Shown piece by piece: positions 21,422-31,540 of a stretch of 64,000 nt of DNA. The translations under genes and the position numbers were made by a program. Below the pieces are notes generated by a model, which had not been told where the DNA came from, searched no databases, and worked only from the letters and a program-made list of their open reading frames with translations. The first letter of the stretch is position 1, and each line of letters opens with the position of its first letter. Source of the stretch: a virus; IMG/VR virus record IMGVR_UViG_3300012931_000015, positions 99,579 to 163,578 of that record; one strand, given 5' to 3'.

Positions 21422-22436
21422 ACAATAAATTTTGAAAAAGTAACCTCCTTGACTTTATTTCATGGCAAACCGAGCATTCAAGCTCATAGTCCTCCTTGAA
21501 ACCCATTTTAAGGTCATCCATTTTCATAAACAAATTAGTTGTTATAGCTGGATCAATTTTTAAAAATTCTTTATATTTTCTTTCTCGTTCTACTTCTATA
21601 TCATTTATATGAGTTAAACATTGTGCTCTTGTATAATGTACTAAAGCTTTTAATTTTTCTTCATCTAACTCTCTCTGCATTTTTTTTGTAATGTCTCTAA
21701 GCTCATCTTTTGTAATTCCTGCTTTAGTAAAGTTATCTATTTTTTTCTGTTTAACACCATACAATTCTTGAACTTTCTGTTTTGCAAAAATTACATCATT
21801 TATTCTAGTAAATCTAAAACTATATTTTATAGGATTAAGTTCTTGCGTATCAGAATTAAATATTTCATCTTCAACTGTAATAGGCTCATGTACATTATCC
21901 GGTACGTTATAAATAATAATGTTTTTAAGATTTAGTGTATATTTTTCAATAACTCTTTCATCATCATATTTAACTTTTTCTTGACATTCACACACCCATG
22001 GAATATCAATAGAAGTTCTCCAAAAATGTGCTAAAATTGTAGCAAGTATTTCTGTAAACTCTTCCTGTGTACAATTACCACAATCAAAATCTTCATAGCA
22101 ATTTTCATTAAGTATTCTAACAAGATTTTCAACTGTATTAACTTCATTAGACAAAGTCAAATCATTAAGTTGAAGCGTTGTATAATCTTTATAGTGAAGT
22201 GTTTGAGGTGCTGAAAACTTACCTAAGCTATGCAGATTAACAGTTATATAACTACTCGGTACTAGATTAACTGATTTAGTATTATCGTAAGCACTGTTGT
22301 TATTAATGTTGTTTCCGGTTTTATTTGTAAAACTTTCTAATACTTTTTGTTTTGTTTCGGGGGGTAAATTTGATTTATTTATAAAATCATTAATATCATT
22401 TTTACCATTATTATTTTTTTTATTATCACCATTCAT
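21363..22436 (-). CDS. gp26-like baseplate hub assembly / tail assembly chaperone
   Basis: L.SLGK, CEC and C-terminal CxxC ribbon; located at the end of the tail module. Confidence 0.55.
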   Translation of the reverse strand: MNGDNKKNNNGKNDINDFINKSNLPPETKQKVLESFTNKTGNNINNNSAYDNTKSVNLVPSSYITVNLHSLGKFSAPQTLHYKDYTTLQLNDLTLSNEVNTVENLVRILNENCYEDFDCGNCTQEEFTEILATILAHFWRTSIDIPWVCECQEKVKYDDERVIEKYTLNLKNIIIYNVPDNVHEPITVEDEIFNSDTQELNPIKYSFRFTRINDVIFAKQKVQELYGVKQKKIDNFTKAGITKDELRDITKKMQRELDEEKLKALVHYTRAQCLTHINDIEVERERKYKEFLKIDPAITTNLFMKMDDLKMGFKEDYELECSVCHEIKSRRLLFQNLLFVPADGQRVVGKSPVFVGI

Positions 22437-22563
22437 ACTTTTTCTTTTCTCCTTAAACTTTTAACCATTTTATTTTAATTTTTTATTTTTTTACCATACT
22501 TTGTTTAGTATAATATATGTCAAATCAACTTGTCTGTATGTTTAAATTTCCATCTATTATTAC

Positions 22564-23337
22564 TCATATAACATATTTCCAAGAAAACCCAAAAATACAT
22601 TTATTTTCTTTAATTGATTTATAAACTCTTCTATAATATTTCTTGTTTCCATATATTTTTTCTGCTCCATAAGCTTGGCAATCAAAAATTTCATTAGTTT
22701 CTAAACATAGAACTTTTTTAGACATTGGATTATTTGCACCGGTATGTTTTCCTTTTTGAGATTTACTCATTTTTTCTAAAACATATTTACTTCGTTTTTT
22801 TCCTCTATTAGCAATTCCTATTTTTTTAGCGTGCTCTTCATTTCTAATAGTATTTCTTATAGTTTCGTGTGCATTCAATAGACCCATTTTCATTCGTAAT
22901 ATTGAAACATCATTCATATTATCATAACCAATTTTTAATTTTCTTTTACGATCCTCACTAAGCTTTTTACCAAACATAGGACTTTTTTCTCCTATTCTCT
23001 TTGAATTATTCTTACTTAATTTATTTCGTATTTCTTTCATTTCTTCTTCTGTTTTTCCTAAAAAAGTATTACCTCCATCTCCACCACTAGCAATATTATA
23101 ACCTATATTTCTATTTGTAGCATTAAGCTCTTTAATCCAGAATTTTTCTAATTCATTTAATATATTATTATCTACTATATTATCTTCTAATATTTCTTTT
23201 TTAAAATTTTCTTTACCATATTTTTTAATAGCTTTATTAATATTAATACCAGACCCAAAATAATCAGGATTACAACAAGAGTCTTTACCAACATAAATTT
23301 TATTATTTATTAAATTTATTATTTTATAAATTTGCAT
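22564..23337 (-). CDS. GIY-YIG homing endonuclease (Seg-like, NUMOD3 repeats)
   Basis: QIYKIINLINNKIYVG, YFGSG, E..WI, GYNI..GG. Confidence 0.9.
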   Translation of the reverse strand: MQIYKIINLINNKIYVGKDSCCNPDYFGSGININKAIKKYGKENFKKEILEDNIVDNNILNELEKFWIKELNATNRNIGYNIASGGDGGNTFLGKTEEEMKEIRNKLSKNNSKRIGEKSPMFGKKLSEDRKRKLKIGYDNMNDVSILRMKMGLLNAHETIRNTIRNEEHAKKIGIANRGKKRSKYVLEKMSKSQKGKHTGANNPMSKKVLCLETNEIFDCQAYGAEKIYGNKKYYRRVYKSIKENKCIFGFSWKYVI

Positions 23338-23341
23338 AATT

Positions 23342-24022
23342 TTACCATATTTTTTCCAATATAGATATAATCAATATTATTTGTTTTTCAGAAAACTTCC
23401 AACGAATCCCATTCACTTTTGAAAACCATTCAAAAGGTGTATTATGTCTCTCCTCACTCATTGAGCAAAAATCTGCACACATTTCAGCAACATAAATATC
23501 AGGCATCTTGGTAGCATCTATCATTCCATTAGGAATAGTAGTTCCATCACGACTATTAATATCTAAAATATTTTCTTTTCTATCTTGCCAATACTCCGGG
23601 TGGTGTGGGCTATTCGTTACGTGGTGCTCCGTTGCTTTATACAAATTTTTTCTAATATCATCTGAAATATCAAACTTAATTTTATTATCGTTGCAATAGT
23701 AATCCCAAGTAATAATTATATAAGGTGTTAATTCAGGTTCTTCTAATTTTAATTTATCGTGATACCTTGCATTTTCAATTAAACCTATAAATCTATCACC
23801 AAATTTATCTTGAATAATTCTACAATATTTTTGAACTAAATTTATATGATTGTGTGTTCTTTTATAATACCAATTAGTCATTTCAGGTGTTATAATTTTA
23901 GAAAGGGGATTATCAACTGAAGATACATAAATAATATCATTTTCTTTTAAATCAATATTATCTAATCGTATATTTTCTTTTATCTTTAATTTATAAAGTT
24001 TTTTCATTTTATAATATTCCAA
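23342..24022 (-). CDS. DUF5662-like HD-fold protein with N-terminal shared tag
   Basis: H...V, HD..K, HH....HHPEYW and MP....EM.AD; N-terminal LYKLKI...LKENDIIYV. Confidence 0.7.
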   Translation of the reverse strand: MEYYKMKKLYKLKIKENIRLDNIDLKENDIIYVSSVDNPLSKIITPEMTNWYYKRTHNHINLVQKYCRIIQDKFGDRFIGLIENARYHDKLKLEEPELTPYIIITWDYYCNDNKIKFDISDDIRKNLYKATEHHVTNSPHHPEYWQDRKENILDINSRDGTTIPNGMIDATKMPDIYVAEMCADFCSMSEERHNTPFEWFSKVNGIRWKFSEKQIILIISILEKIW

Positions 24023-24437
24023 ATTCTCTTATACTTATCCATTTAGAAGTAGTTTTTTCTTTCCCATCATACACATCAAAGTATTTTATTACTTTATTAT
24101 TAATTTCTAAAACATTACAATAGTGTCCTGTATTCAAATAAGGGACTTGAATTGCTAAAAAATTATTTCCTCTTGGCATAGGAATTTGAGGGGATAAATA
24201 TTTTATCATAGAATATCCGGTAGCTTTCTGAAAAGCATTCCAAACAATATAACCATTATCAAAGCAACCACTTTTTTTAAGAAACTCTGCAAAAGTTTGA
24301 GGTGTATAATTGAATCCTTTATTATTAAGCTCATTAGTAATAGTTGTTAATAAACAACCATAAACGCCAATTGAAGTTCCTTTATCATACTCATAATTTT
24401 TCCATAGGGGGTCTGACTGTAAATATCTTGTTATCAT
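24009..24437 (-). CDS. C39-like cysteine peptidase
   Basis: YLQSDP.W, IG..GC, TP, GHY and YFD (Cys-His-Asp). Confidence 0.7.
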   Translation of the reverse strand: MITRYLQSDPLWKNYEYDKGTSIGVYGCLLTTITNELNNKGFNYTPQTFAEFLKKSGCFDNGYIVWNAFQKATGYSMIKYLSPQIPMPRGNNFLAIQVPYLNTGHYCNVLEINNKVIKYFDVYDGKEKTTSKWISIREFGIL

Positions 24438-24662
24438 ATATTTTTCCTTTTATTTTTTTACCATTTGAACATTATACAATGTATTACAAAAGCAACAAAA
24501 CTAAAACCAAATACATAAAACATCCACGGATAAATACTACCATCAATTGTCTTTTTAATGCTCAAATACAAATAAATTGCTGTTGAAAGCATTATACCAC
24601 CAAACAACACTCTTACTAAGAAAGAAAGAATTTCCATAACTTTATTTTACCTCTTTTATACT

Positions 24663-25019
24663 TTAATTTATTTCTTCATAAGTTTCTTTAAAAATATCTG
24701 GTTTACAAGGATAAAATTCTCCGGCTATACCTTTAATTATATAATCTCCAATAGAAGCTAAATGATTCCCTTCCAAAGTAAATATTTTCAACCCGTTTTC
24801 TTTCACAACCTGTTCATAATCTTTCCATGACCATTTTTTTGCAGAATCATGTAAACCTGTAAAAGCAATAATTTCTTTTAAATTATCACCTTTCCAAATA
24901 ATAAACTCTACCTTAACAGGTTTTTTTACAGCTTTGCCTATTTTAATACTACTACAAAACATTTCAATGCCTCTACAGTAGTAATAGGCGGAACAATTTT
25001 TACATTCATAATTAATCAT
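24663..25019 (-). CDS. conserved phage protein (PGDYG-like)
   Basis: TLEG...GDYIIKG..GEFYPCKPDIF..TY. Confidence 0.75.
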   Translation of the reverse strand: MINYECKNCSAYYYCRGIEMFCSSIKIGKAVKKPVKVEFIIWKGDNLKEIIAFTGLHDSAKKWSWKDYEQVVKENGLKIFTLEGNHLASIGDYIIKGIAGEFYPCKPDIFKETYEEIN

Positions 25020-25037
25020 TTTTATATCCTTTATATT

Positions 25038-25502
25038 TTATTCTACACCAAAAATGAATTTTATTCCTTTTGTTGCCAAAGCTTTTTGACCTTCTGAATT
25101 ATCCTTTGAAGATATACGCATCGTGTCAAATTGATCTGGTTCTAACTGTCTAAACCTGTGGTAGTTATCAGTAGTATCTACTTTTCCATATTTATATCCA
25201 TGATCTTTAAGCCAAGCTTTACTTTCACCCACACTAAATTTGTTGACATCAAATAAAATTGATTGAACTTCAGAAGCCTCTTTTAACTTCATTTCAACAT
25301 ATAATACATCGCCTTTCTTCAATGTCAAGCTTTTTTCTAAAAAAATATCTCTATCTGCTATAAGTTTTACTAACTTTTTACTTTCTATCATGCCATCTAT
25401 AACATCTTTTTTCTTCTTTTCTGTGCCTTGATTTTCTGGAACATCCACTGACCCTGTAATATCGCTTGAAACTTCTAATTCATTTAAGTTTTTATTTTTC
25501 AT
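25038..25502 (-). CDS. putative internal head protein with shared tag
   Basis: start moved to MKNKN (AGGA SD); LKKGDVLYV..LKEA tag, then a VQSILF..WL..HGYK..RFRQ domain. Confidence 0.6.
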   Translation of the reverse strand: MKNKNLNELEVSSDITGSVDVPENQGTEKKKKDVIDGMIESKKLVKLIADRDIFLEKSLTLKKGDVLYVEMKLKEASEVQSILFDVNKFSVGESKAWLKDHGYKYGKVDTTDNYHRFRQLEPDQFDTMRISSKDNSEGQKALATKGIKFIFGVE

Positions 25503-25515
25503 AACTTTATAGTCC

Positions 25516-26460
25516 TTATTTATTATTTTGGTTAAAAATGTAATCAAAAACATTAGCAGATATTTTTTCTGGTAGAATATCATACAAATTATATTCTAAG
25601 ACAAAATTCCAATCTAGTTTATCTAGTTTTTCTAAATTTTCTTTTTTAGGTATTAGTCTTAGATTCTTTAAAGACCAACAATTTTTAAAGTCTAAATCAT
25701 TCATAGAAGTATATTCGTATTTTGAATGAGGAATAATATGATCCACGTGCAAAACATCTTTTTTAAGAAAATCATCAACAGTATAACCATAAGGAAGAGT
25801 AGATAATAGATGATTAATTAATTCTTCGGGTGTATAAGACAGAGCTTCAAAAGTTGGTTTTTCTTTTGATTTACCTTTTAGTGCATCTCTTATATTTTTG
25901 GAAGTTCTTCGCTTAATTTTAAACACTAAATCTTCTTTATATTTCTCATTTCTTCGCTTATTGTTTCTTTTATTAACCTCTTTTCTATTTTTCTTTTTAT
26001 ATTCTTTACTTTTTTCTATAAGTTCTTTTCTATTTTTTTGATAATATTTCTGTCTGTATTCTTTTTCTTTTTCTTGAGTTTCTGGACTTTGCCTGTATTT
26101 TCTTTTTCTTTGCAAAATAATTTCTCTATTTTCTTCATAATATTGTTTTGACTTTTCTTTATTATTTTTATGATACTCTCTATCTCTTTCATTTAATTTT
26201 TCTTTGTTTTTTTCTCTATACTGTTTTGCATAATTAAGTTTTTTATCTCTATTATTCTTATAATATTCTTTTTGTTTTTCTGATATTTTATTTTTATTTT
26301 TGTTATAAGATTCTTTTTTCTTTTGTTTTACTTTATCATTATTTTCTAATCTATATTTTTTATTATATTCTTTTGCCCATGCTTTAAGTTTTTCTTTATT
26401 TTTTTCCTTATATTTTTTTTGGGATTCTTTTCTTTTAATTTTTCTTTCTTCTTCTGTCAT
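25516..26460 (-). CDS. Lys-rich HNH-like endonuclease
   Basis: K/E/Y helical repeats, then HVDHIIP...NLR....EN..K. Confidence 0.75.
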   Translation of the reverse strand: MTEEERKIKRKESQKKYKEKNKEKLKAWAKEYNKKYRLENNDKVKQKKKESYNKNKNKISEKQKEYYKNNRDKKLNYAKQYREKNKEKLNERDREYHKNNKEKSKQYYEENREIILQRKRKYRQSPETQEKEKEYRQKYYQKNRKELIEKSKEYKKKNRKEVNKRNNKRRNEKYKEDLVFKIKRRTSKNIRDALKGKSKEKPTFEALSYTPEELINHLLSTLPYGYTVDDFLKKDVLHVDHIIPHSKYEYTSMNDLDFKNCWSLKNLRLIPKKENLEKLDKLDWNFVLEYNLYDILPEKISANVFDYIFNQNNK

Positions 26461-26471
26461 ATATTTTCTCT

Positions 26472-26975
26472 TTAAGGAATTTGAAGAGCACCATATCCAT
26501 TTAAAGGAAACATTGGAAAAATTTCACTGACACTGAAATGCGCTGAAATTAATAATGTATCATCCCCACTATAATCTAAACTTAATGTGTCTCTACCCAT
26601 ATAACGAAGTCCCGTGAATCGAAAAGAAATAGTTGGTATTCCTATATCAAGGTCATCCATCATTAAAATTGCTGTTTGCTTTGCCAGTCTCTGGTTATCA
26701 CGAAACACTTTTGTCTCAAAATTCCATGAAAGGGCTTCCAGTGTCCCCAAAAACATCTGAATAGTTCCAAGTGTATCTTCTATAAATGTAATTGTTATAT
26801 CTTCTAAAAATTCAAAACCTGTAATACATTTAGTTTGTTCATCAACAGTAAAATTATAAGTAGGTATGCTACATTGTGTAATATACGGACTTACGAAAGG
26901 AAAGGTTGGAAAAAGCATAACCCATCTATTTTTATTTTGATCTTGAATGCTATATTGTACATCTAAAATATTCAC
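26472..26975 (-). CDS. tail tube-like / baseplate protein
   Basis: NRW...P, ITITFIED and LDYS pattern of gp19/gp54-like proteins. Confidence 0.5.
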   Translation of the reverse strand: MNILDVQYSIQDQNKNRWVMLFPTFPFVSPYITQCSIPTYNFTVDEQTKCITGFEFLEDITITFIEDTLGTIQMFLGTLEALSWNFETKVFRDNQRLAKQTAILMMDDLDIGIPTISFRFTGLRYMGRDTLSLDYSGDDTLLISAHFSVSEIFPMFPLNGYGALQIP

Positions 26976-27108
26976 AAAATTATACCTTAAAGTAATTATA
27001 TATACTTTTATTAGTATCTAAAAACAAAAAAACTTCCATCTACAAATAAATATAGACAGAAGCTTTTTAAAACATAAAAATACTATTAAACAGAAAACTT
27101 AATCTAAG

Positions 27109-27387
27109 TTAAGCTTTTTCCCAGAAAAGTACCGTTATAATATCACCAGCAGTTAAATTAGCACTACCAGCATCACCAATTGTTATACTACCAGTAGTAG
27201 TAGAAAAACTAGCTGTAAAGCCCGGTATATCAACGCCTGAACGTCTTACCTGCCAGATAAAACTAATATCTGCTATTGTAACATACTCTGTAGGATCATA
27301 TAAATTAATAACGATAGCATTTGCCGAAGCTTCTGCTGAAGTTACTGTGTCCTCAAAAGTAATAATATCTCTATAACTCTTTGCCAT
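27109..27387 (-). CDS. small virion structural protein
   Basis: T/A/G-rich beta protein with late promoter motif and strong SD. Confidence 0.5.
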   Translation of the reverse strand: MAKSYRDIITFEDTVTSAEASANAIVINLYDPTEYVTIADISFIWQVRRSGVDIPGFTASFSTTTGSITIGDAGSANLTAGDIITVLFWEKA

Positions 27388-27467
27388 TTTTATTGTTCTC
27401 CTTAAAATTTTAAATTACAGTTTTTCACTTTGTTATATTAGTAATCTATTTTAATAAAAGTTAAAAA

Positions 27468-27683
27468 CTATTTTTCTTTGTTATCCGAAATAACTCTTTT
27501 TAAATCATCAATAGTTCTTTTGAACTTTCTAAAATTAGTTTTGTAATAAGCATCTTTTTCTTCTTTTGTAATGTCAAGTTCAAAAGCAATCTTTCCATTA
27601 ACTGTCTCATCTGATAAAACATAATCTTTTTTTAAAACTACTACACAATAAGCTACTAAATCTAAATCAGTTGTTGTTACCAT
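27468..27683 (-). CDS. DUF5659-like small protein
   Basis: TTDL.L.AY...F.. pattern. Confidence 0.4.
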   Translation of the reverse strand: MVTTTDLDLVAYCVVVLKKDYVLSDETVNGKIAFELDITKEEKDAYYKTNFRKFKRTIDDLKRVISDNKEK

Positions 27684-27732
27684 TTTTTATTTTCCTTTTA
27701 TCTATTTATTTTAAATATATAATTTTAATATT

Positions 27733-27996
27733 TTATTTTTTTTGAATTTTTTTTGATAAATCAATAGCTTTATTTAATATATCAATTATATTTTTGTATT
27801 TTCCATTAAAATCTGTTATATTTAATCTCATTATAACATAAGTAAGAGTTTCTATCATTGCTGGTATATCACTATACTTAAACAATTCATCTTCAAGTCT
27901 TGCAATAGTATCATAATTTTCTTTTATTCTTAATTTACTTTCGAGTTTATTTATTTCTTCTTTTATTTTGTTGATTTCTTCTAAAGATTTTTTCAT
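27733..27996 (-). CDS. putative internal head protein
   Basis: likely start MKKSLEE (AAGGA SD); KEEINKLESKLRIKE shared with 32098-32706. Confidence 0.5.
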   Translation of the reverse strand: MKKSLEEINKIKEEINKLESKLRIKENYDTIARLEDELFKYSDIPAMIETLTYVIMRLNITDFNGKYKNIIDILNKAIDLSKKIQKK

Positions 27997-28015
27997 ATTT
28001 TTATTTTCCTTTTTG

Positions 28016-28519
28016 TTAAATACCTGTTCCACTAAAATCAACCGTAAGCGGAGTATTATCTAAATCATTACTTGCAATACTTATAGTTGCTGTTTTTAAT
28101 CCTGTTGATAATGGTTTAAATCTAATTTTTAGAATCTGAACACCATCAGGTATAGTCTCTTCCTGTAATAGATCACCACTCTTAACAAAAGTAAAATCGG
28201 TTGTATCTCCAGTCATTGTTACTTTATCGGGTGTTCCTGTAAATTTCAATATACCACTACCAGTATTTGATAATTTTAATTCAACAAAGGTTATAGTATT
28301 AACTTCTTTGCTACCAAAAGCATAACTATCGCCATCAATGATATTTTTATTTCCAATTTCTACTGTAAGTTCCGGTACAACACGAACTACATCACCTACA
28401 AATTTACAATATCCTTCTGTACCTTGTTTTGTCTCCCTATAAGCTGCGCAATTCAGTGTGATACATGAAGCCGTATTGAGAAAAGGGCATCTATAAGTAG
28501 CTGCTACTGTATTTAACAT
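28016..28519 (-). CDS. Ig-like (ASH/choice-of-anchor D type) virion protein with N-terminal Cys motif
   Basis: LSNTGSG.L, F.P.STG.KTATISIASND; N-terminal CPF....C....C. Confidence 0.65.
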   Translation of the reverse strand: MLNTVAATYRCPFLNTASCITLNCAAYRETKQGTEGYCKFVGDVVRVVPELTVEIGNKNIIDGDSYAFGSKEVNTITFVELKLSNTGSGILKFTGTPDKVTMTGDTTDFTFVKSGDLLQEETIPDGVQILKIRFKPLSTGLKTATISIASNDLDNTPLTVDFSGTGI

Positions 28520-28588
28520 TTATTTTTATCTCCTATCATTCTCGATATATAATTATTAGTATTACTTTCTTCAATATATAAAATATGT

Positions 28589-29338
28589 CTAACCTTCACC
28601 TTCAGTATAATGTCCTAATATAGATATTCTAAAAGTAGTTAAAGAACTTAAATTATCATTAACAGTTGTTTGTATAGCATCATTTTGATTTGGTACTATT
28701 CTTACAACTTGTGATATTCCAAAGATACTTTCTATATTAAAATTAATATCAGTAGCATAAGTTCCACCACCAGCTTTATTGCTATAGGTAACTACACCAC
28801 CATAATTTCTAAAATCAGAATTTTGTTTAAAAATACCCCAATTAAAAACATAATTATCAATAAACCTCATTTCTAACCCACTAGTTATAGCGGTTATTCC
28901 TCCGAATTTACTATCATCTGCTTCTGCACTATGAGTCATCGTTAAAACAAAAGTTGTTAAATCTATAGGTATTGAAAAATTATATAATTGACATCTAAAA
29001 ACAACAGGTGTTGAACTTCCATCCACATTTAAGTCAACTTTACCACGAACAATTTTTGTAGTTGCTACCTCAAAATTACAACAAGAACGTCTATCAACAG
29101 TAATAGCATTAGTAGCCACATTTGTAACTTTAGCTTGAAAGAATCTATTGTTCTGCCATAAAGATACCCAATGATTTGTTGTTATACCATGATCTGCTGA
29201 TACATTTAATATATTAGAATCTTGAGCAAATTGAGAAGTTAGAACAATATCTGTTTTCTCTTCGGTCATTAAAAAATATCGGAAAAAGGGTGTGATTTGA
29301 TTTTGTATATTTACATTTGTTTCTGATAACCAAGACAC
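28589..29338 (-). CDS. putative virion structural protein
   Basis: beta-rich 249-aa ORF within the late module. Confidence 0.5.
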   Translation of the reverse strand: MSWLSETNVNIQNQITPFFRYFLMTEEKTDIVLTSQFAQDSNILNVSADHGITTNHWVSLWQNNRFFQAKVTNVATNAITVDRRSCCNFEVATTKIVRGKVDLNVDGSSTPVVFRCQLYNFSIPIDLTTFVLTMTHSAEADDSKFGGITAITSGLEMRFIDNYVFNWGIFKQNSDFRNYGGVVTYSNKAGGGTYATDINFNIESIFGISQVVRIVPNQNDAIQTTVNDNLSSLTTFRISILGHYTEGEG

Positions 29339-29348
29339 TATATTTTCC

Positions 29349-29708
29349 TTACTGTGCTCTTAATAACAATCGTACTGTTCCTGATTCTCTCACAACTCTT
29401 ATAGCTGTACAAGGTGTACTACAATCTTGTGCTGTTACTATTATAGAACCTTTTACCCAATCAACCCATACTATATCAATATTTGCCAAAACATCAGCAA
29501 TTGTGTTTGTACATGTTTGAACTTTTCCAGAACTACTTGTAGCAATTTTTAAAGTTGCGGAAATTAAATGAACATTATCAGGTACAATTATTATATCTCC
29601 CTCTGTACCCGTAGAAATATTTCCTGTATCATATTCATAACCTTCATTATCTTTTTGACCTAATTTATAATTTGTTATGTCAACAGGAGACATATAAACA
29701 ATGGACAT
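29349..29708 (-). CDS. putative virion structural protein
   Basis: beta-rich 119-aa ORF. Confidence 0.5.
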   Translation of the reverse strand: MSIVYMSPVDITNYKLGQKDNEGYEYDTGNISTGTEGDIIIVPDNVHLISATLKIATSSSGKVQTCTNTIADVLANIDIVWVDWVKGSIIVTAQDCSTPCTAIRVVRESGTVRLLLRAQ

Positions 29709-29716
29709 GGTATATT

Positions 29717-30367
29717 TTAAACCTCTTCGCCTAATATTGCAACATCAACTTCCACATCAGTTGTTGAATTAGTTCCAATCTCAATACTATAAATATTATC
29801 TTCAAAACCTGTTGCCGGACTATAAACAAATATATCTTTTACCAGTAATATAACAGGTGAATCACTATTTAAATAAGTATAGTTTATTGTAATATCTTCA
29901 TTTAAATCGGGCGCACTTGAAAAGTTTAATGCTATTGCACTTGTATCATAATCTATCGTACCAAGTAATCCTGTACCACTTATAACACCTAAACCGTCAT
30001 CTGTTGCTGTATAACTTACACCATTTATTGTATAACCGATTGTAACACTTGATTCCTGAATTGAATCATAAGCTAGAGTATCACTAAAACTTATAGAACT
30101 ACCATCACCTGTTGCAAATACTTCACCTGTTATATCATTATAAACAGTCATTCTAATTTTAAACTCTGATTCATCAACAGGAGCATTAAAGATAATAAAC
30201 TTTAAATTACTAACAGTAGAAAAATCAACATTTTTCCATCCATCAGTAGATTTAATTTGATATTTTTTTTCTGTTTTAGAATCTATTGTTGTTCTAATAG
30301 TTTTATCTATTTCGGTTATTACATTAATTCCTTCAACGGAAAGTGAAAATGTGGTATTGTATGACAT
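29717..30367 (-). CDS. structural protein carrying the TGDGS...F..AP module
   Basis: module also present in the sheath and the capsid protein. Confidence 0.6.
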   Translation of the reverse strand: MSYNTTFSLSVEGINVITEIDKTIRTTIDSKTEKKYQIKSTDGWKNVDFSTVSNLKFIIFNAPVDESEFKIRMTVYNDITGEVFATGDGSSISFSDTLAYDSIQESSVTIGYTINGVSYTATDDGLGVISGTGLLGTIDYDTSAIALNFSSAPDLNEDITINYTYLNSDSPVILLVKDIFVYSPATGFEDNIYSIEIGTNSTTDVEVDVAILGEEV

Positions 30368-30377
30368 TCATTATTCC

Positions 30378-30965
30378 TTAGTCAAATTCTTCATCATTAA
30401 ACTTATCTGCTAATTCTTGCCAATTAACTTTATTTAATTCACTAGGGCTATCCATGTCAGGTGAACCTTTTGGGTAAAATTTCATAAACCATTTCTTTAT
30501 GCTATTTTTATCCCAAGATTTAATTTTCTTCTGCATAGCAACTCTGTCTTTATATATTTTTTCTTCATTATCAGCCCATAAAGCCATATTCCAAGTTTCC
30601 CAATTTGTCCAACCATTATATGATTCTTTCAAATTATTTTTAACAGGAATATAAACTATATCACCCTTTTCAAGTTCTATGTTTTCAATTATTTTATTTT
30701 TTGTGATTATTTTTTTAACTAATTTCATTTCTTCCACTTTCATACTCGCAATTCCTTCTATATATTTTTCTTTATTTTTAAAAAATTCATATTCTTCTTC
30801 ACTAGCAAAACCACCCCAAATATCTATATCCATATTAGGATTTTCTTTTTGAAAGACCGAAGCAATAGCATATATATCTTGCTGTGTAACTGCCCCTTTA
30901 AATAGTATTTTTTTATTTGGAGCATCACAAATAGCATAAAATTGAAATTCTTCTTTCAGTTTCAT
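30378..30965 (-). CDS. putative internal head protein (internal tag plus YNGWTNWETW domain)
   Basis: LEKGDIVYI...LKES precedes a conserved phage domain. Confidence 0.6.
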   Translation of the reverse strand: MKLKEEFQFYAICDAPNKKILFKGAVTQQDIYAIASVFQKENPNMDIDIWGGFASEEEYEFFKNKEKYIEGIASMKVEEMKLVKKIITKNKIIENIELEKGDIVYIPVKNNLKESYNGWTNWETWNMALWADNEEKIYKDRVAMQKKIKSWDKNSIKKWFMKFYPKGSPDMDSPSELNKVNWQELADKFNDEEFD

Positions 30966-30970
30966 TTATT

Positions 30971-31495
30971 TTACTTCCACTTATTACCTTCGGTTAAACC
31001 ACTAAACAAAGAATTTTTTTTACTTCCTGAACCGTTTTCAGATATAGCCACTTTTTTCATTCTTTTCTTAGCTTCTTCAACTTTATCAGCAGGTTTTTTT
31101 TCTTCTGCATCTTCTTTATCTTCAATTTCTGTTTCTTCTTTTACTTCTTCATTTTCGTCTTCATCATTATCTTCTACTTCATTTCCAACTTCTTCTTTTT
31201 TAGCACCGCATTTTTCTTGAATACCTGTGTCATCATCTTCTACATTCTGCTCATCACTATCCATAGAAGTATCTTCTTCTTTTTTTGCTCTAGCTTCTTC
31301 AGCATCATCAGCAGTGAACGGCTTCGCTTGTTTTCCCCCGAAGTTTTCTGAATTATCTTCTTCTTTTACTTTAAAGAATAATTCATCTTTTGCTTCAAGA
31401 ACATACTTACCTAACTTTATTTCTCTACCTTCAGGTAATACATATTTTTTTAAAACACTAACCTTTTGTTTTTTTTCTTCTTTTATAATACGCAT
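30971..31495 (-). CDS. acidic prohead core-like protein
   Basis: E/D/K-rich, many xKE/xxE sites, degenerate tag. Confidence 0.55.
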   Translation of the reverse strand: MRIIKEEKKQKVSVLKKYVLPEGREIKLGKYVLEAKDELFFKVKEEDNSENFGGKQAKPFTADDAEEARAKKEEDTSMDSDEQNVEDDDTGIQEKCGAKKEEVGNEVEDNDEDENEEVKEETEIEDKEDAEEKKPADKVEEAKKRMKKVAISENGSGSKKNSLFSGLTEGNKWK

Positions 31496-31540
31496 ATTAT
31501 TTTTCTCCTAATATATTTTTATTTTAAATATTTAATTTTT

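Noticed and set aside
24663-25019. Possible anti-defence sponge protein
   Set aside because: The motif is the common GEFYPCKPDIF family; I cannot support assignment to Tad/Acb families from sequence alone
30942-31511. Ser/Phe-rich plus-strand ORFs
   Set aside because: Same shadow effect opposite the acidic 30971-31495 gene
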